A stretch of 64,000 nt of DNA, from NCBI GenBank assembly GCA_965261435.1, contig CBDHDL010000021.1, positions 4,379,950-4,443,949 of the forward strand, written 5' to 3'. Made by a program: the position numbers and the translations under genes. The notes under the pieces were generated by a model. It saw only the letters and a list, made by a program, of their open reading frames with translations, searched no databases and had not been told where the DNA came from. This DNA comes from Candidatus Poribacteria bacterium. GTDB lineage: Bacteria; Poribacteria; WGA-4E; WGA-3G. Every line of letters starts with the position of its first letter. Position 1 is the stretch's first letter. This document shows, piece after piece, positions 18,676 to 29,452 of this stretch.

Positions 18676-19620
18676 ATGAAAATACTTATCAACTCAAAGA
18701 TTACATCGGAACAACAGCATCAGATTGAAGATATTTCAGATTTGTTACAGATTGTAACTCCTAATAACTCTGCAGAAGCATTACAAGAAATTGTTGATAC
18801 GGATATAGTGTTCGGAGGATTTAACCGTTCTCTCTTTGAAAATGCACAACAGCTAAAATGGGTACAAGTTTGGGCAGCTGGGGTTGATGGTATCCTTTTC
18901 ACAGAATTCGTTGAAAGTGATATAATCCTTACCAGTGCAAAAGGATTTGTCGGTACACATTTGGCTGATCAAGCGTGGGGATTAATTCTCGGTCTAATTC
19001 GAGGTATAGGTCGGTCAGTCCGAGAAAGAACATGGGACAACAAAATGTCTATACGAAACGAGACTTGGGAACTTGGTGATAGAACACTTGGTATTATTGG
19101 ACTCGGAGGAACAGGGATTGAAGTTGCACGAAGAGCACAAGGTTTTGAAATGAATGTTATCGCCGTTGATCCTGAAACAATAGATCCCCCCTCATTCGTC
19201 CATGAAGTTTGGAAGATGGACAAACTTCATGCACTGCTCGCTCAGTCCGACATAGTCTGTATCTGTGCCCCATTGACACCTGAAACAAATGGACTGTTTG
19301 ATGATCTCGCATTCCAAAACATGCAATCACATGCACTCTTAATAAATGTCACACGCGGAAAAATCGTTGACGGACCCTCACTTCTACGTGCCTTGAGAAA
19401 TGCACAGATCGGTGGCGCAGGATTAGATGTTACTCCTGAAGAACCACTACCATCCGATAGTCCACTTTGGGATATGCCAAACGTGATCGTTACGCCTCAT
19501 GTCGCTGGTGGATCACCTCTTCGTATGGATCGAACAGTCTCACTTTTCTGTGACAATTTGGAACGGTTCCTGGTCGGTAAACCACTTCTTAGTGTTATTG
19601 ACAAACAGAAAGGATACTAA
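18676..19620 (+). CDS. D-isomer-specific 2-hydroxyacid dehydrogenase family protein
   Basis: NAD-binding 'GIIGLGGTGIEVARRAQGFEMNVIAVD' and the catalytic-domain order typical of the family. Confidence 0.8.
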   Translation: MKILINSKITSEQQHQIEDISDLLQIVTPNNSAEALQEIVDTDIVFGGFNRSLFENAQQLKWVQVWAAGVDGILFTEFVESDIILTSAKGFVGTHLADQAWGLILGLIRGIGRSVRERTWDNKMSIRNETWELGDRTLGIIGLGGTGIEVARRAQGFEMNVIAVDPETIDPPSFVHEVWKMDKLHALLAQSDIVCICAPLTPETNGLFDDLAFQNMQSHALLINVTRGKIVDGPSLLRALRNAQIGGAGLDVTPEEPLPSDSPLWDMPNVIVTPHVAGGSPLRMDRTVSLFCDNLERFLVGKPLLSVIDKQKGY

Positions 19621-19627
19621 ATTGACT

Positions 19628-20677
19628 TCAACTAATATCTGCGATTTTAACCAACTGTTTTCCGATATTACCACCTTTTAGCATACTAATGAATGCCGTA
19701 GGTGCTTGCTCAATACCACCGTCTGCAATTGTTTCTCTATATTTCAGTTTTCCTTGTTGTATCCATTCCGACATCTCTTTCAGTGCAACTTCATACCTGT
19801 CTGTAAATTCAAAGACGAGGAAACCCTCAATTCGTGCGCGTTGAGTTATCAGATGCCATAAGAACCGTGGTCCAGTTTCTGGGCTTTCTAAGTTATATTG
19901 CGAAATCTGACCGCAAATTACAACGCGTCCTTTTACTCTCAAATTAGGAAAAACTGCATCTGTAATCTGTCCACCAACATTGTCAAAATAGACATCAATT
20001 CCATCAGGACAAAGCTCAGATAACTTCGCATGATAGTTAGATACATCTTTGTAGTTAAAAGCTGCATCAAATCCAAGTTCATCAACGATATACGAAATCT
20101 TCTCATTTGTACCAGCAGAACCAACTACGCGACATCCTTTGATCTTCGCGATCTGACCTACGACTGATCCAACTGCTCCAGCAGCCCCTGAAACAAACAC
20201 GGTTTCTCCCTGCTGCAATTTCCCTACCTCAAGAAGTCCAAAATATGCTGTTAATCCTGGCATCCCCAAAATCCCAATGCCGGTTGAGATAGGGGCAATT
20301 GACGGATCAATTTTACGTAAACCGTCACCACCAGAAACACCATATTCTTGCCAACCGATGTTCGCATTTACTATATCACCAACCTCAAAATTTGGGTGTT
20401 TAGATTCAATGACTTCTGCAATAACACCACCAACCATCACTTCATTATGTTCAACATTCGCAGCATACGAGCGGGAAGCGTTCATACGTCCACGCATATA
20501 TGGATCAACTGAAAGATAGAGGGTTTTCAAAAGTACTTGTCCATTTTCAGGTTGTGGGATGGGTGTTTCAATAAGTTTGAAATCCGTTTCTTTTGGATAC
20601 CCAACAGGACGTTCAGCTAATGTTATTTGTCTATTCATACTAACTCCTATTATTGATTTGTACTGGGTCATTACCAT
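19628..20677 (-). CDS. NADP-dependent oxidoreductase, MDR family (YncB/CurA/LTB4-dehydrogenase-like)
   Basis: 'LAERPVGYPKETDFKLIETPIPQPENGQVLLKTLYLSVDPYMRGRM' is characteristic of this subfamily. 'GAAGAVGSVVGQIAK' is the cofactor site. Confidence 0.75.
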   Translation of the reverse strand: MVMTQYKSIIGVSMNRQITLAERPVGYPKETDFKLIETPIPQPENGQVLLKTLYLSVDPYMRGRMNASRSYAANVEHNEVMVGGVIAEVIESKHPNFEVGDIVNANIGWQEYGVSGGDGLRKIDPSIAPISTGIGILGMPGLTAYFGLLEVGKLQQGETVFVSGAAGAVGSVVGQIAKIKGCRVVGSAGTNEKISYIVDELGFDAAFNYKDVSNYHAKLSELCPDGIDVYFDNVGGQITDAVFPNLRVKGRVVICGQISQYNLESPETGPRFLWHLITQRARIEGFLVFEFTDRYEVALKEMSEWIQQGKLKYRETIADGGIEQAPTAFISMLKGGNIGKQLVKIADIS

Positions 20678-21365
20678 GAATTACCAACAGTTCGTGATTT
20701 GGCGAATCCCAATTAAAAACCTTGACGATAGGTACTATCACTCGAACAGCCAACCCGATTCGTCTCTTGTTTGATCTGTTTGCTTCAGAATGATGTAATG
20801 TACGTTCATTAAATAATACAAACTCTCCAGGTTGCATCTCCAGATTGACATAGTTGGATGCATCAATGAAATTTAGATCACCCATCAGACCGAATGCCAT
20901 ATCTGACGTAGCTTTAACATGCGGAATTACTTTTCGATGGGAACCCGGTACAATTTGCAGACAACTATTTTCAAGTGTTGCCGAATCTACTGCAATCCAT
21001 GCTGAAGCGATAATTGGTGGTTCCAGAGGCCAATAATTGAAATCTTGATGCCATGGAATCTCCTTCGCGCCAGGTTCCTTCACAAAAAAGTTTGTCCGCC
21101 AAAGCAACAAGTCGGGTCCATACAGACTCGCCATACGTTTAACGATAGATGGGTGCGTAGCAAGTTCATTTATCAACGGAAAATCAAGATGCCGATTATG
21201 TACCCTATTTTCATGATCAGGGGCATCCGTCTCAAGTATTTTCTCAATTTCAGGTTGCATCTTAATCATCTCATCAGAACTACAAAGAGTATAGGGTCCG
21301 AGATAACCTTGATGTCTAAAATGATCTATCTCATCTTGGCTTAACTTATGATTATGTGTTGCCAT
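20640..21365 (-). CDS. phytanoyl-CoA dioxygenase (PhyH) family Fe(II)/2OG dioxygenase
   Basis: The 'IPWHQDFNYWP' WHQD motif and a downstream His. Confidence 0.75.
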   Translation of the reverse strand: MATHNHKLSQDEIDHFRHQGYLGPYTLCSSDEMIKMQPEIEKILETDAPDHENRVHNRHLDFPLINELATHPSIVKRMASLYGPDLLLWRTNFFVKEPGAKEIPWHQDFNYWPLEPPIIASAWIAVDSATLENSCLQIVPGSHRKVIPHVKATSDMAFGLMGDLNFIDASNYVNLEMQPGEFVLFNERTLHHSEANRSNKRRIGLAVRVIVPIVKVFNWDSPNHELLVIHGNDPVQINNRS

Positions 21366-21390
21366 AGTCTTCTCCTATTATGGATTTTTT

Positions 21391-22986
21391 CTATTCAGAC
21401 TCAATCAACTTTTTCAAGATAGCATTCTTATCAGTTTTACCAACACTTGTCTTCGGTATTTCATCAACAGCAATAAATTCATCAGGTATCCAAAATTTTG
21501 GAAACTCACCGATAAGATGTTCAGTCAAAATCTTCGATAAATCTTCAATAGTGTTCTTTGAAAGTGCAACAACTGCAATTGGACGTTCACCCCATTGCTT
21601 ATCTGGGATCCCTAATACAGCAACATCTCTTACCATTGAATGTTGTAAAAGAACTGATTCTATTGCTGTTGTTGAAATAGATTCACCACCGCTTATAATT
21701 AGTGATTTCAGACGATCAACTATCTGCATATAACCATCACGGTTTACGGTCGCAATGTCTCCAGTTCTTAACCAACCATCTGTAGTAAAATATTTAGTGG
21801 AAGGTTTAGACTTATAGTACTTTCCAGTTGTCCAAGGGCTTCTGACTTGAACCTCTCCAATTGCTGCACCATCCCAAGGCAAAATACTACCCTCTTCTGT
21901 CACCAAACGGATTTGTACACCTGGAATGGGTCTACCCTGCATTGATTTGATACGGATCTTTTCCGTGTCTGGTAGGTGTTGATGTTCTCTTCGGAGAGTT
22001 GAGAATGTACCTGTCGGGCACATCTCTGTCATTCCCCAAGCATGTCTCACCTCAACACCGAGATCATTTTCATATACCTCAATAAGTTCTGATGGCATCT
22101 GTTCTCCACCGACTATTATTCTCCGTAATGAAGATACATCCTGCTTTCTTCTTTGCAATTCTGGCAAAAGCCTACCCCATAACGTTGGCACACCTGCAGA
22201 TATTGTAACTCCCGTTTCGGATATGAGATCTACCACACATTCAGAATCGCTTCCATGCAAGACAATATCCGCACCAACAAACATAGCCGCATAAGGGAGT
22301 CCCCATGACAATGCATGAAACATTGGAACAAGCGGTAAAACGACATCTGACTCAGCAATACCGAAGACCTCAGTCTGATTAACTGCTAATGTATGCAAGA
22401 ATACTGACCGGTGTGTGTAGACGACACCTTTTGGTTCACTACTTGTGCCGCTGGTATAACATAATGCTAATGCACAATTCTCGTCCTGAATATCTGGAAT
22501 ACAAATATCTTCAACTCCATCAAAACAATCTTCATATTCATGTATAAATCTTGCAGAATCATGAACTTCACCAGTGTTAAAATGGATTGATTTGATAGTA
22601 TCAACTTCCTTCTGCAATTCTGAAAACCTATCAAAGTATTGATCATCTACAAAAAAAAGTTTGTCTTCTGCTTGTTGAACTATTTTCAGTTGCTGCTTTG
22701 ACGACAAACGAACATTAATTGGATGGATCACGCCTCCTGCAGCAGGAATAGCATAAAATAACTCCAGATGTTGGTACGTATTTGAGGCAAAAGTAGCGAT
22801 TCTATCACCCTGTTTTATTTCCAAATTGCAAATTGCCTTCGCCAGATTTACAACACGCTGACAGAATGTTGTGTAGTTGCATGAATATATCTTACCGTTA
22901 GGCAATAAAGTGTAGACGTTTTTGTCACCGTGTAGACTGCGGACGTGTTCAAAGATTAGATTCAGTGATAAAGGATAATTCAACAT
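21391..22986 (-). CDS. AMP-dependent synthetase/ligase (acyl-CoA synthetase)
   Basis: 'YTSGTSSEPKGV' AMP-binding motif. 'GWLRTGDIA' and 'GGESIS' downstream motifs. Confidence 0.8.
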   Translation of the reverse strand: MLNYPLSLNLIFEHVRSLHGDKNVYTLLPNGKIYSCNYTTFCQRVVNLAKAICNLEIKQGDRIATFASNTYQHLELFYAIPAAGGVIHPINVRLSSKQQLKIVQQAEDKLFFVDDQYFDRFSELQKEVDTIKSIHFNTGEVHDSARFIHEYEDCFDGVEDICIPDIQDENCALALCYTSGTSSEPKGVVYTHRSVFLHTLAVNQTEVFGIAESDVVLPLVPMFHALSWGLPYAAMFVGADIVLHGSDSECVVDLISETGVTISAGVPTLWGRLLPELQRRKQDVSSLRRIIVGGEQMPSELIEVYENDLGVEVRHAWGMTEMCPTGTFSTLRREHQHLPDTEKIRIKSMQGRPIPGVQIRLVTEEGSILPWDGAAIGEVQVRSPWTTGKYYKSKPSTKYFTTDGWLRTGDIATVNRDGYMQIVDRLKSLIISGGESISTTAIESVLLQHSMVRDVAVLGIPDKQWGERPIAVVALSKNTIEDLSKILTEHLIGEFPKFWIPDEFIAVDEIPKTSVGKTDKNAILKKLIESE

Positions 22987-23004
22987 TATCGGTTTCCTTG
23001 TTGG

Positions 23005-23307
23005 TTATTCCTCTATGTTGTTAATTCTGAACAACTCCGAAAGAGTTGGTGGTGGGTTTATTAGTTCTGCTATTGCATTATATAATCTGGTTTTACTGTC
23101 TATCGTATAAAGCAAAAACCATAGTAATAATGAAAATTCTAGCGTAATTGGATAAATGTACGACATTAAAAACTTTAATCCTATTGATAGGAGTACAATT
23201 ATGACAAACTCAAGTAAGTTCAAAAAAAGCATAGGTTTCCTTGTCGGTTGACGAGGATTCCTAACCTCGTCGGTTGGGGTTTTATGATTTCTACTACTAC
23301 TCTGCAA
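23005..23307 (-). CDS. hypothetical small membrane protein
   Basis: ORF with two predicted TM helices. No homology signal. Confidence 0.25.
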   Translation of the reverse strand: MQSSSRNHKTPTDEVRNPRQPTRKPMLFLNLLEFVIIVLLSIGLKFLMSYIYPITLEFSLLLWFLLYTIDSKTRLYNAIAELINPPPTLSELFRINNIEE

Positions 23308-23325
23308 TGCACATTAGTAAGAATG

Positions 23326-23625
23326 TCAATTTGACACCTCTTGGGTTGGTGCTGGTGAGGGAGGTTCTTCGTCTATGTATCCTAAAACCTTGTCTATACC
23401 ATCTTGCAGTTCAATGATATATACGAATTTGTTGCCTTGCCCTTTAAAGCGTGGGAGTTTCAGGGTTTGCATTGGATTGCATGATTCAAAGTGTTTTTCT
23501 ATGACGTTGTGGTTGTGCCTCTTCATTTCATGTTCCATGCTCTGACAAAATGTGTCCATTATTTCTAATCCGGTATCAAGTTGGTAGGAATCATGCTTTT
23601 TCAATCCGTGTTCAGTTTGTATCAT
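23326..23625 (-). CDS. hypothetical protein
   Basis: ORF only. Confidence 0.25.
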   Translation of the reverse strand: MIQTEHGLKKHDSYQLDTGLEIMDTFCQSMEHEMKRHNHNVIEKHFESCNPMQTLKLPRFKGQGNKFVYIIELQDGIDKVLGYIDEEPPSPAPTQEVSN

Positions 23626-23924
23626 TGTACCGTATCTTTGTTCTTTCTTTACTTTGGATTTTTATGCGGTTTCCTATCAACTCTGTATTGTAAAAATCCT
23701 AATATTGGACTGATGCACCACTTAGTTTAGCATAAAACTTAAGAAAGATGTTAAAGATTCAGCATTTACTGATGCAGATCTGTACTCTTTTAATTTAAAC
23801 TCACATTCCAAAATGTATTCGGTAACTAATTTTATTTGCATTTTCATATAATTTCAAAGCATAATTATATTATTCAGAGTGGTGTGACGATGAATATCAG
23901 GGTTCATCTAATCTGCTTTATTTT

Positions 23925-26768
23925 ATGAAAGTTTTCAAATTAGAAAATAATCCTAAGGAGTTAATAATGCCAATTTCAATGAATAATAGGTATCAATGGT
24001 TTTTTGTCGTATTACTCATCGGCATCATATCATTAGTACCCTTGACCGCCTATGCAAATTCGCTTAAGGTTGTTGTTGAAGATCAGAATGGTAATCCTGT
24101 GTCATCAGCAAATGTCGTCATTGGGACTGAAGAAAAGACAACGGATGATAACGGTACAACAATGTTTGATGAAGTAACAGGTACACAAGCAGTACAAATT
24201 ACTGCACTCGGTTTTTCAAGTAGTCGTGTAAACATTACTGCTGGACAGGAAGAGGTAAGAGTTGTGCTTGCACCATTGCAAACAATTGAATCCGTAGTGG
24301 TTGTTGGTACACGTAGTATTGGACGTAGAGCGTTGCAAGCACCAGTACCGATTGAAGTCGTTGAGAAAGAACAGCTGAGCTTAACTGGACAATCTGAAAC
24401 TGGACGAATACTACAGATGTTAGTACCATCCTTTAATTTCCCGAGTTCATCCATTAGTGATGGAACTGATGCGTTGCGACCAGCAACTTTGCGAGGTTTG
24501 GGGCCAGATCAAACATTGGTTCTTATAAATGGAAAACGAAGACATAAGAGTGCATTACTACACGTCAATACTTCTGTTGGACGTGGAACGGCTGGAACGG
24601 ATTTTAACGCGATTCCTTCATCTGCTATCAAGAGAATTGAAGTACTGCGCGACGGTGCAGCCGCTCAATACGGGTCTGATGCAATCGCGGGGGTAATAAA
24701 CATCGTGCTTAAGGATGATGTTGAAACCGGCGACGCAAACTTCTATTGGGGACAAAACTATGAGGGTGATGGAGATACGTGGATAGGAAACGCAAATTAC
24801 GGATTGAAAGTTGGCAAATCAGGTTACCTCAATCTCACTGCCGAATGGCGCGACAGATACCGCACAAACCGGGCAGGACTATCAGGAAACCAACAATATG
24901 GATTGGTTGAGAGAGATGTTTGGGAAAAAATTGGTGAAGATCCACCCGGTGACCCAATAGAAACAACTGAAATTGAAAATGAAGATGGGACTGTGACAAA
25001 GATACTGAAATGGTATGATCCGCGTGAATATACATTTGACCGTCAGAACTTCCGTATTGGGGATGCAGATTCCGCACAGAAAGTCGGATTTTACAACTTT
25101 GGTTTGCCAATTACACCTGGAGTTGAACTGTATTCATTTGGAGGATATTCAACACGTCAGAACAACAGTGCAGGGTTTTATCGTAGAGCAAACCAGACCG
25201 AAAGAACAGTTACTGAAATCTATCCTGATGGATTCCTACCGGAAATTAATACTGATATAGAAGATGTTTCACTCGCTTTAGGTGTTTCATGGACACACGA
25301 AGCAACTGAGCTAAATGTAGATGTCAGTTTAAATCACGGATTGAACACATTTGACTTTTTTATCTCAAATTCCATGAATGCTACCTATGGTGCGGCAAGT
25401 CCTACCGAAGCAGATGCTGGTGGATTTGAACTCTCTCAAACAGCGTTTAACGTTGATGTTACCTATCCATTAGAATTTCAAACATCGCTCATTAACTTAG
25501 CAGGTGGTATAGAATTTAGACGCGAAGGATATGGTATACATGCAGGTGAACAGGTCTCTTGGAATGACGCAGGACTTGGCGTAGAAGGTGCTGCTAAAGG
25601 TATACAAGTTTTTCCTGGTTTTAAACCTGAGAATGAAGTAGATGAAAGCAGAACCAATATCGCAGGTTATGCTGATTTTGAATCATATCTGAGTGGAGAA
25701 CCTGGTAGCGGCTTGCTCGTAGGGGCTGCAGTTCGCGGGGAACAATATAGTGATTTTGGGTCAACCATTACTGGTAAAGCAACTGCACGCTATGACCTAA
25801 TGCAACAAGTTGCCGTTCGTGCCGCAGGAAGCACCGGTTTCCGTGCTCCTTCTCTCCAACAACAGTATTTCAATAACATCAGTACACAATTCAAACGAGA
25901 CGAAGACACTGGTGAACAGATAGCTCTTGAAGTTGGTACTTTCCGTAATGACAGTGAAGCAGCACGCGCACTCGGAATTCCAGATTTAAAACAGGAAACT
26001 GCTTTCAACGTTTCCGCTGGTGTTGTGTTAAAACCAGTTGATAGATTGTGGTTCACAGTAGATGGGTTCCTCATTCAGATAGATGATCGCATTGTTCTTA
26101 GCGGTAGCTTTAGTGCTGAAAACGTTGAGGGGTTAACAGAAGCTGGGGCAAGTAGTGCACAGGTCTTCACAAATGTAGCACAAACGCGAACACAAGGTGT
26201 TGATGTTGCGGCTGGATATTTACACGCTTTCGAAAATGAATCACTGCTAAATTTGAAGGCAGCATTTACTTTTGCAGACACAGAAGTTATCGGCGATGTG
26301 GATGCACCAGAGATTCTTGTTGGGTTGGAAAATACGCTTTTCCCATCACAAGAACGATCTATGATTGAAGAATGGCAGCCAAACACACGGATAAACATTA
26401 GTGCTGATTACATAGTCGGCGACCTGACAATTGGTGGGGCATTGCGATACTTCGGAGAATATACCGTACAGGAAGGGAGTGGAGAAGAACCTGCACGTCA
26501 AACCTACGGTGGTAAGTGGTTGACGGATATACAAGGGAACTATCAATTGAATGAAGGTCTTTCACTAACAATCGGTGCAAACAATATCTTAGATCAATTA
26601 CCAGATCCAAATAATGATGATATGAATGGAGCACGAGCAGGAACATTAGAAGACGGAACTGGAACTGTCATCGTCGATTCACCTGGAGTGTTCACATATT
26701 CAAGAAGATCTGCTCCGTTTGGTTTCAACGGTGGTTTATACTATGCGAAATTGACCTATAGTTTTTAA
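23925..26768 (+). CDS. TonB-dependent outer-membrane receptor with an N-terminal carboxypeptidase-regulatory-like domain
   Basis: Signal peptide. 'VVVEDQNGNPVSSANVVIG' is a CarbopepD_reg-like domain. The plug has 'DALRPATLRGLG...LVLINGKRRH'. C-terminal '...YAKLTYSF' ends in an aromatic residue. Confidence 0.85.
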   Translation: MKVFKLENNPKELIMPISMNNRYQWFFVVLLIGIISLVPLTAYANSLKVVVEDQNGNPVSSANVVIGTEEKTTDDNGTTMFDEVTGTQAVQITALGFSSSRVNITAGQEEVRVVLAPLQTIESVVVVGTRSIGRRALQAPVPIEVVEKEQLSLTGQSETGRILQMLVPSFNFPSSSISDGTDALRPATLRGLGPDQTLVLINGKRRHKSALLHVNTSVGRGTAGTDFNAIPSSAIKRIEVLRDGAAAQYGSDAIAGVINIVLKDDVETGDANFYWGQNYEGDGDTWIGNANYGLKVGKSGYLNLTAEWRDRYRTNRAGLSGNQQYGLVERDVWEKIGEDPPGDPIETTEIENEDGTVTKILKWYDPREYTFDRQNFRIGDADSAQKVGFYNFGLPITPGVELYSFGGYSTRQNNSAGFYRRANQTERTVTEIYPDGFLPEINTDIEDVSLALGVSWTHEATELNVDVSLNHGLNTFDFFISNSMNATYGAASPTEADAGGFELSQTAFNVDVTYPLEFQTSLINLAGGIEFRREGYGIHAGEQVSWNDAGLGVEGAAKGIQVFPGFKPENEVDESRTNIAGYADFESYLSGEPGSGLLVGAAVRGEQYSDFGSTITGKATARYDLMQQVAVRAAGSTGFRAPSLQQQYFNNISTQFKRDEDTGEQIALEVGTFRNDSEAARALGIPDLKQETAFNVSAGVVLKPVDRLWFTVDGFLIQIDDRIVLSGSFSAENVEGLTEAGASSAQVFTNVAQTRTQGVDVAAGYLHAFENESLLNLKAAFTFADTEVIGDVDAPEILVGLENTLFPSQERSMIEEWQPNTRINISADYIVGDLTIGGALRYFGEYTVQEGSGEEPARQTYGGKWLTDIQGNYQLNEGLSLTIGANNILDQLPDPNNDDMNGARAGTLEDGTGTVIVDSPGVFTYSRRSAPFGFNGGLYYAKLTYSF

Positions 26769-26800
26769 GCAAAACTTGCTTCATATGTTGAATAATTTAG

Positions 26801-26831
26801 GCGCGGATTCATATTTCGCGCCTTTTTATAT
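26801..26831 (+). terminator. putative rho-independent terminator
   Basis: ggcgcg-(11 nt)-cgcgcc followed by ttttta, immediately after the TonB receptor stop. Confidence 0.45.
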
Positions 26832-26886
26832 TGAAACTATTCTTGCAAAGTGATAAATTAAATCAGATGTTATCAAGATTTGAATA

Positions 26887-27468
26887 TTGAAAGGAGTAAA
26901 AATGAGAAAGAAAAAGATTGTTACATGTCTTGCGTTACTTGTATTCTCTATTGCAGCAATAATCACTATTCGTTCAGTTGATAGTCAGGAAGATATGGTC
27001 AAGCGTGGAAAATATCTTGTAGATGCAGTTGCAGCTTGCGGATTTTGTCATACACCTCGTGTCCGAGCAGAATATGATATGAATATGTATCTTGCAGGAC
27101 ACCCATCGGAAGCACCATTTCCACGATATAATTTCGATAATATGAGGGGACAAGACATCCTTATTTTATCCTCCACTAAGTTAAGTGCATTTTCTGGTCC
27201 ATTTGGATCGAGTTTTGCAACAAATCTAACACCAGATAAAGAGACGGGATTAGGGGAATGGACTGAGAAGATGTTTATTGATGCAATGCGGACTGGAAAA
27301 CACCAAGGTAATCCAGATAATCGTAGTATCTTTCCTCCGATGCCATTCAAGCATTATGCACAAATGACTGATGCCGATCTAAAGGCGATCTGGGCATACC
27401 TTAAATCCATTAAACCTATCAAGAATGATGTAAATCCAGTCTTAAATAGATTTGGAAGGCCTTTTTAA
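26887..27468 (+). CDS. mono-heme c-type cytochrome
   Basis: Signal/TM anchor. 'AACGFCHTP' is a CXXCH heme-binding motif. The spacing is typical of class I cytochrome c. Confidence 0.7.
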   Translation: MKGVKMRKKKIVTCLALLVFSIAAIITIRSVDSQEDMVKRGKYLVDAVAACGFCHTPRVRAEYDMNMYLAGHPSEAPFPRYNFDNMRGQDILILSSTKLSAFSGPFGSSFATNLTPDKETGLGEWTEKMFIDAMRTGKHQGNPDNRSIFPPMPFKHYAQMTDADLKAIWAYLKSIKPIKNDVNPVLNRFGRPF

Positions 27469-27527
27469 TTGTTTTTATTAACGAAACTATCTAAACTCAA
27501 TAACGTAAAACGGAGAATCCCAAAATA

Positions 27528-28592
27528 ATGCCATCAAAAGAGAAGCAAATACGTGTTGCTGTCGTGGGAATGGGCATCGGAATACCTAACGGTTCCGCCC
27601 TTTCACGCAATGCAAGAGGAAAAGTTGTTGCATTATGTGACCTTGACGAAGACCGTATGAAAGGTTTCGCAAAAGATTTGCCCGGAAAAATAAAGCTTTA
27701 TACGGATTACAAAGAAATGTGTAAAGATACAAACATAGATGCAGTTTTCGTTGGAACACCAAATCAGTGGCATGTACCGGTAGCACTTGAAGCAGTCCAG
27801 AACGGAAAACATGTCATGGTAACAAAACCTTTAGCAGATTCTGAGGATGCTGCAAAACAGTTGGTAGCTGAAGCCGAAGAAGCGGGTTTAGTAAATATGA
27901 TGTCTTTATCAACACGTTTCGGTCATAGCTGCCAACACCTCGGAGATCTTGCCAGAGAAAACTATTTCGGTGATATATATTATGCACGCGCACGAAGTGT
28001 TCGACGCAGTGGTATACCCGCATGGAATCTCGGATTCATTCAGAAAGGAGGCGGGGCATTTAGGGACATGGGTGTCCATGTACTTGATGCTGTTTGGTGG
28101 ATAATGGGTATGCCAAAACCAGTCGCTGTCCTTGGTGCTGCAGGAGCAAAATTCGGTCCAAAAGGTCTCGGTTATTGGAACCGTTCAAAACCACCTAAGT
28201 CAACTTATGAAAAGTATGATTCTGACGATTATGCTGGTGGATTCATCACATTTGAGAATGGTGTGGGTTTGCAAGTTGAAAGTTTTTGGGCATCACATCA
28301 ACCAGGAGAATTTCAGATAGAACTATTTGGTACAGAGGCAGGGGCAACACTGAGTCCGCTCAAAGCGTATAAGACGGATAAGGAAGGTGAGTTTGAAGAC
28401 ATTGATCTTAAATTACCAAAGAATAAGTATAATGAAGCTTGGGATGCTATCGCAGATCACTTTATTGAATGTATTTTAGATGGTGTAGAATGTAAAGCAC
28501 CACTTCGACACGGACTTATCGTTCAACAGATGATGGAAGGTCTACTCAAAAGCGGAGAAACTGGACGAGAGGTAGAAATTAAGGCAGATTAA
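27528..28592 (+). CDS. Gfo/Idh/MocA family oxidoreductase
   Basis: 'IRVAVVGMGIG...' N-terminal Rossmann fold. 'VTKPLA' motif present. Confidence 0.8.
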   Translation: MPSKEKQIRVAVVGMGIGIPNGSALSRNARGKVVALCDLDEDRMKGFAKDLPGKIKLYTDYKEMCKDTNIDAVFVGTPNQWHVPVALEAVQNGKHVMVTKPLADSEDAAKQLVAEAEEAGLVNMMSLSTRFGHSCQHLGDLARENYFGDIYYARARSVRRSGIPAWNLGFIQKGGGAFRDMGVHVLDAVWWIMGMPKPVAVLGAAGAKFGPKGLGYWNRSKPPKSTYEKYDSDDYAGGFITFENGVGLQVESFWASHQPGEFQIELFGTEAGATLSPLKAYKTDKEGEFEDIDLKLPKNKYNEAWDAIADHFIECILDGVECKAPLRHGLIVQQMMEGLLKSGETGREVEIKAD

Positions 28593-28594
28593 AT

Positions 28595-29296
28595 ATGAGT
28601 GTAAATATATCATCACTGAAGGAAGAGTTTACACAGAAAGGTTTCGCTATTGTACCGAATCTGTTTTCACGAAGCGAAGTTCAACAGCTTAAGATCGAAT
28701 GCATTGATATTTTGAAGGCAGTGAAAGCGGAAACAGGACATGAGGCAGGACACGGGGTGCATGTTGGGTTAGCAGCGCGAAGTACTGTCTTTCAAAATGC
28801 AGTCTGTGATGAACGTCTCCTTGATGTTTTGGAGGAGATTCTCTCACCAAACATTGAATTCCTAAGTGATAAAGTCGTTTTTAAAAGTCATTCAATGAAC
28901 TTTGCAAGTCCTTGGCATCAAGACTGGCACTATTGGCACGGTGCACACAAATACTCTATCTGGGTTGCACTTGATGATGCAACCGTCGAAAACGGGTGTC
29001 TAAAGTTATTTCCTGGTTCTCATAATTCTGCAATTGTTCACGATGGAGATGCAAGTGATGGACACGGATTTGGAAATCGTTTACGTCCTGACTCTGTTGA
29101 CGAGAGTCTCGCAATCACTGCAGAACTGGAAGCAGGAGGAGCAGTCTTCTTTCATGATCTTACCTTACACGCAAGCCATCCAAACATCTCCGGTGAAGAA
29201 CGATGGGTATGGATTCCAACGTATCGTGATGCTAAGGCTGAAGATAGTGAATATCCATGGGCAGTCGCTGCCAAAGTTGTCCGTGGTAAGAAGTAA
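28595..29296 (+). CDS. phytanoyl-CoA dioxygenase (PhyH) family dioxygenase
   Basis: 'SPWHQDWHYW' motif. Begins 3 bp after the upstream stop, so likely operonic. Confidence 0.75.
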   Translation: MSVNISSLKEEFTQKGFAIVPNLFSRSEVQQLKIECIDILKAVKAETGHEAGHGVHVGLAARSTVFQNAVCDERLLDVLEEILSPNIEFLSDKVVFKSHSMNFASPWHQDWHYWHGAHKYSIWVALDDATVENGCLKLFPGSHNSAIVHDGDASDGHGFGNRLRPDSVDESLAITAELEAGGAVFFHDLTLHASHPNISGEERWVWIPTYRDAKAEDSEYPWAVAAKVVRGKK

Positions 29297-29452
29297 TTGA
29301 TTCAGAAAACAATACCTGTTACAATGAACTCTTCTTAAAGCGCAGTCTACTGATCTCGATCTATTCTGTAAGAACGATATCTGTATCACGACTGTTTGTC
29401 TTTATCAGAAGAATCCTTGTAAACAAAATAACTGATTTGTTAGTGAGGAATT

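Noticed and set aside
23626-23924. A possible riboswitch upstream of the TonB-dependent receptor
   Set aside because: No recognisable conserved riboswitch core (cobalamin, TPP, etc.) could be read from the sequence.
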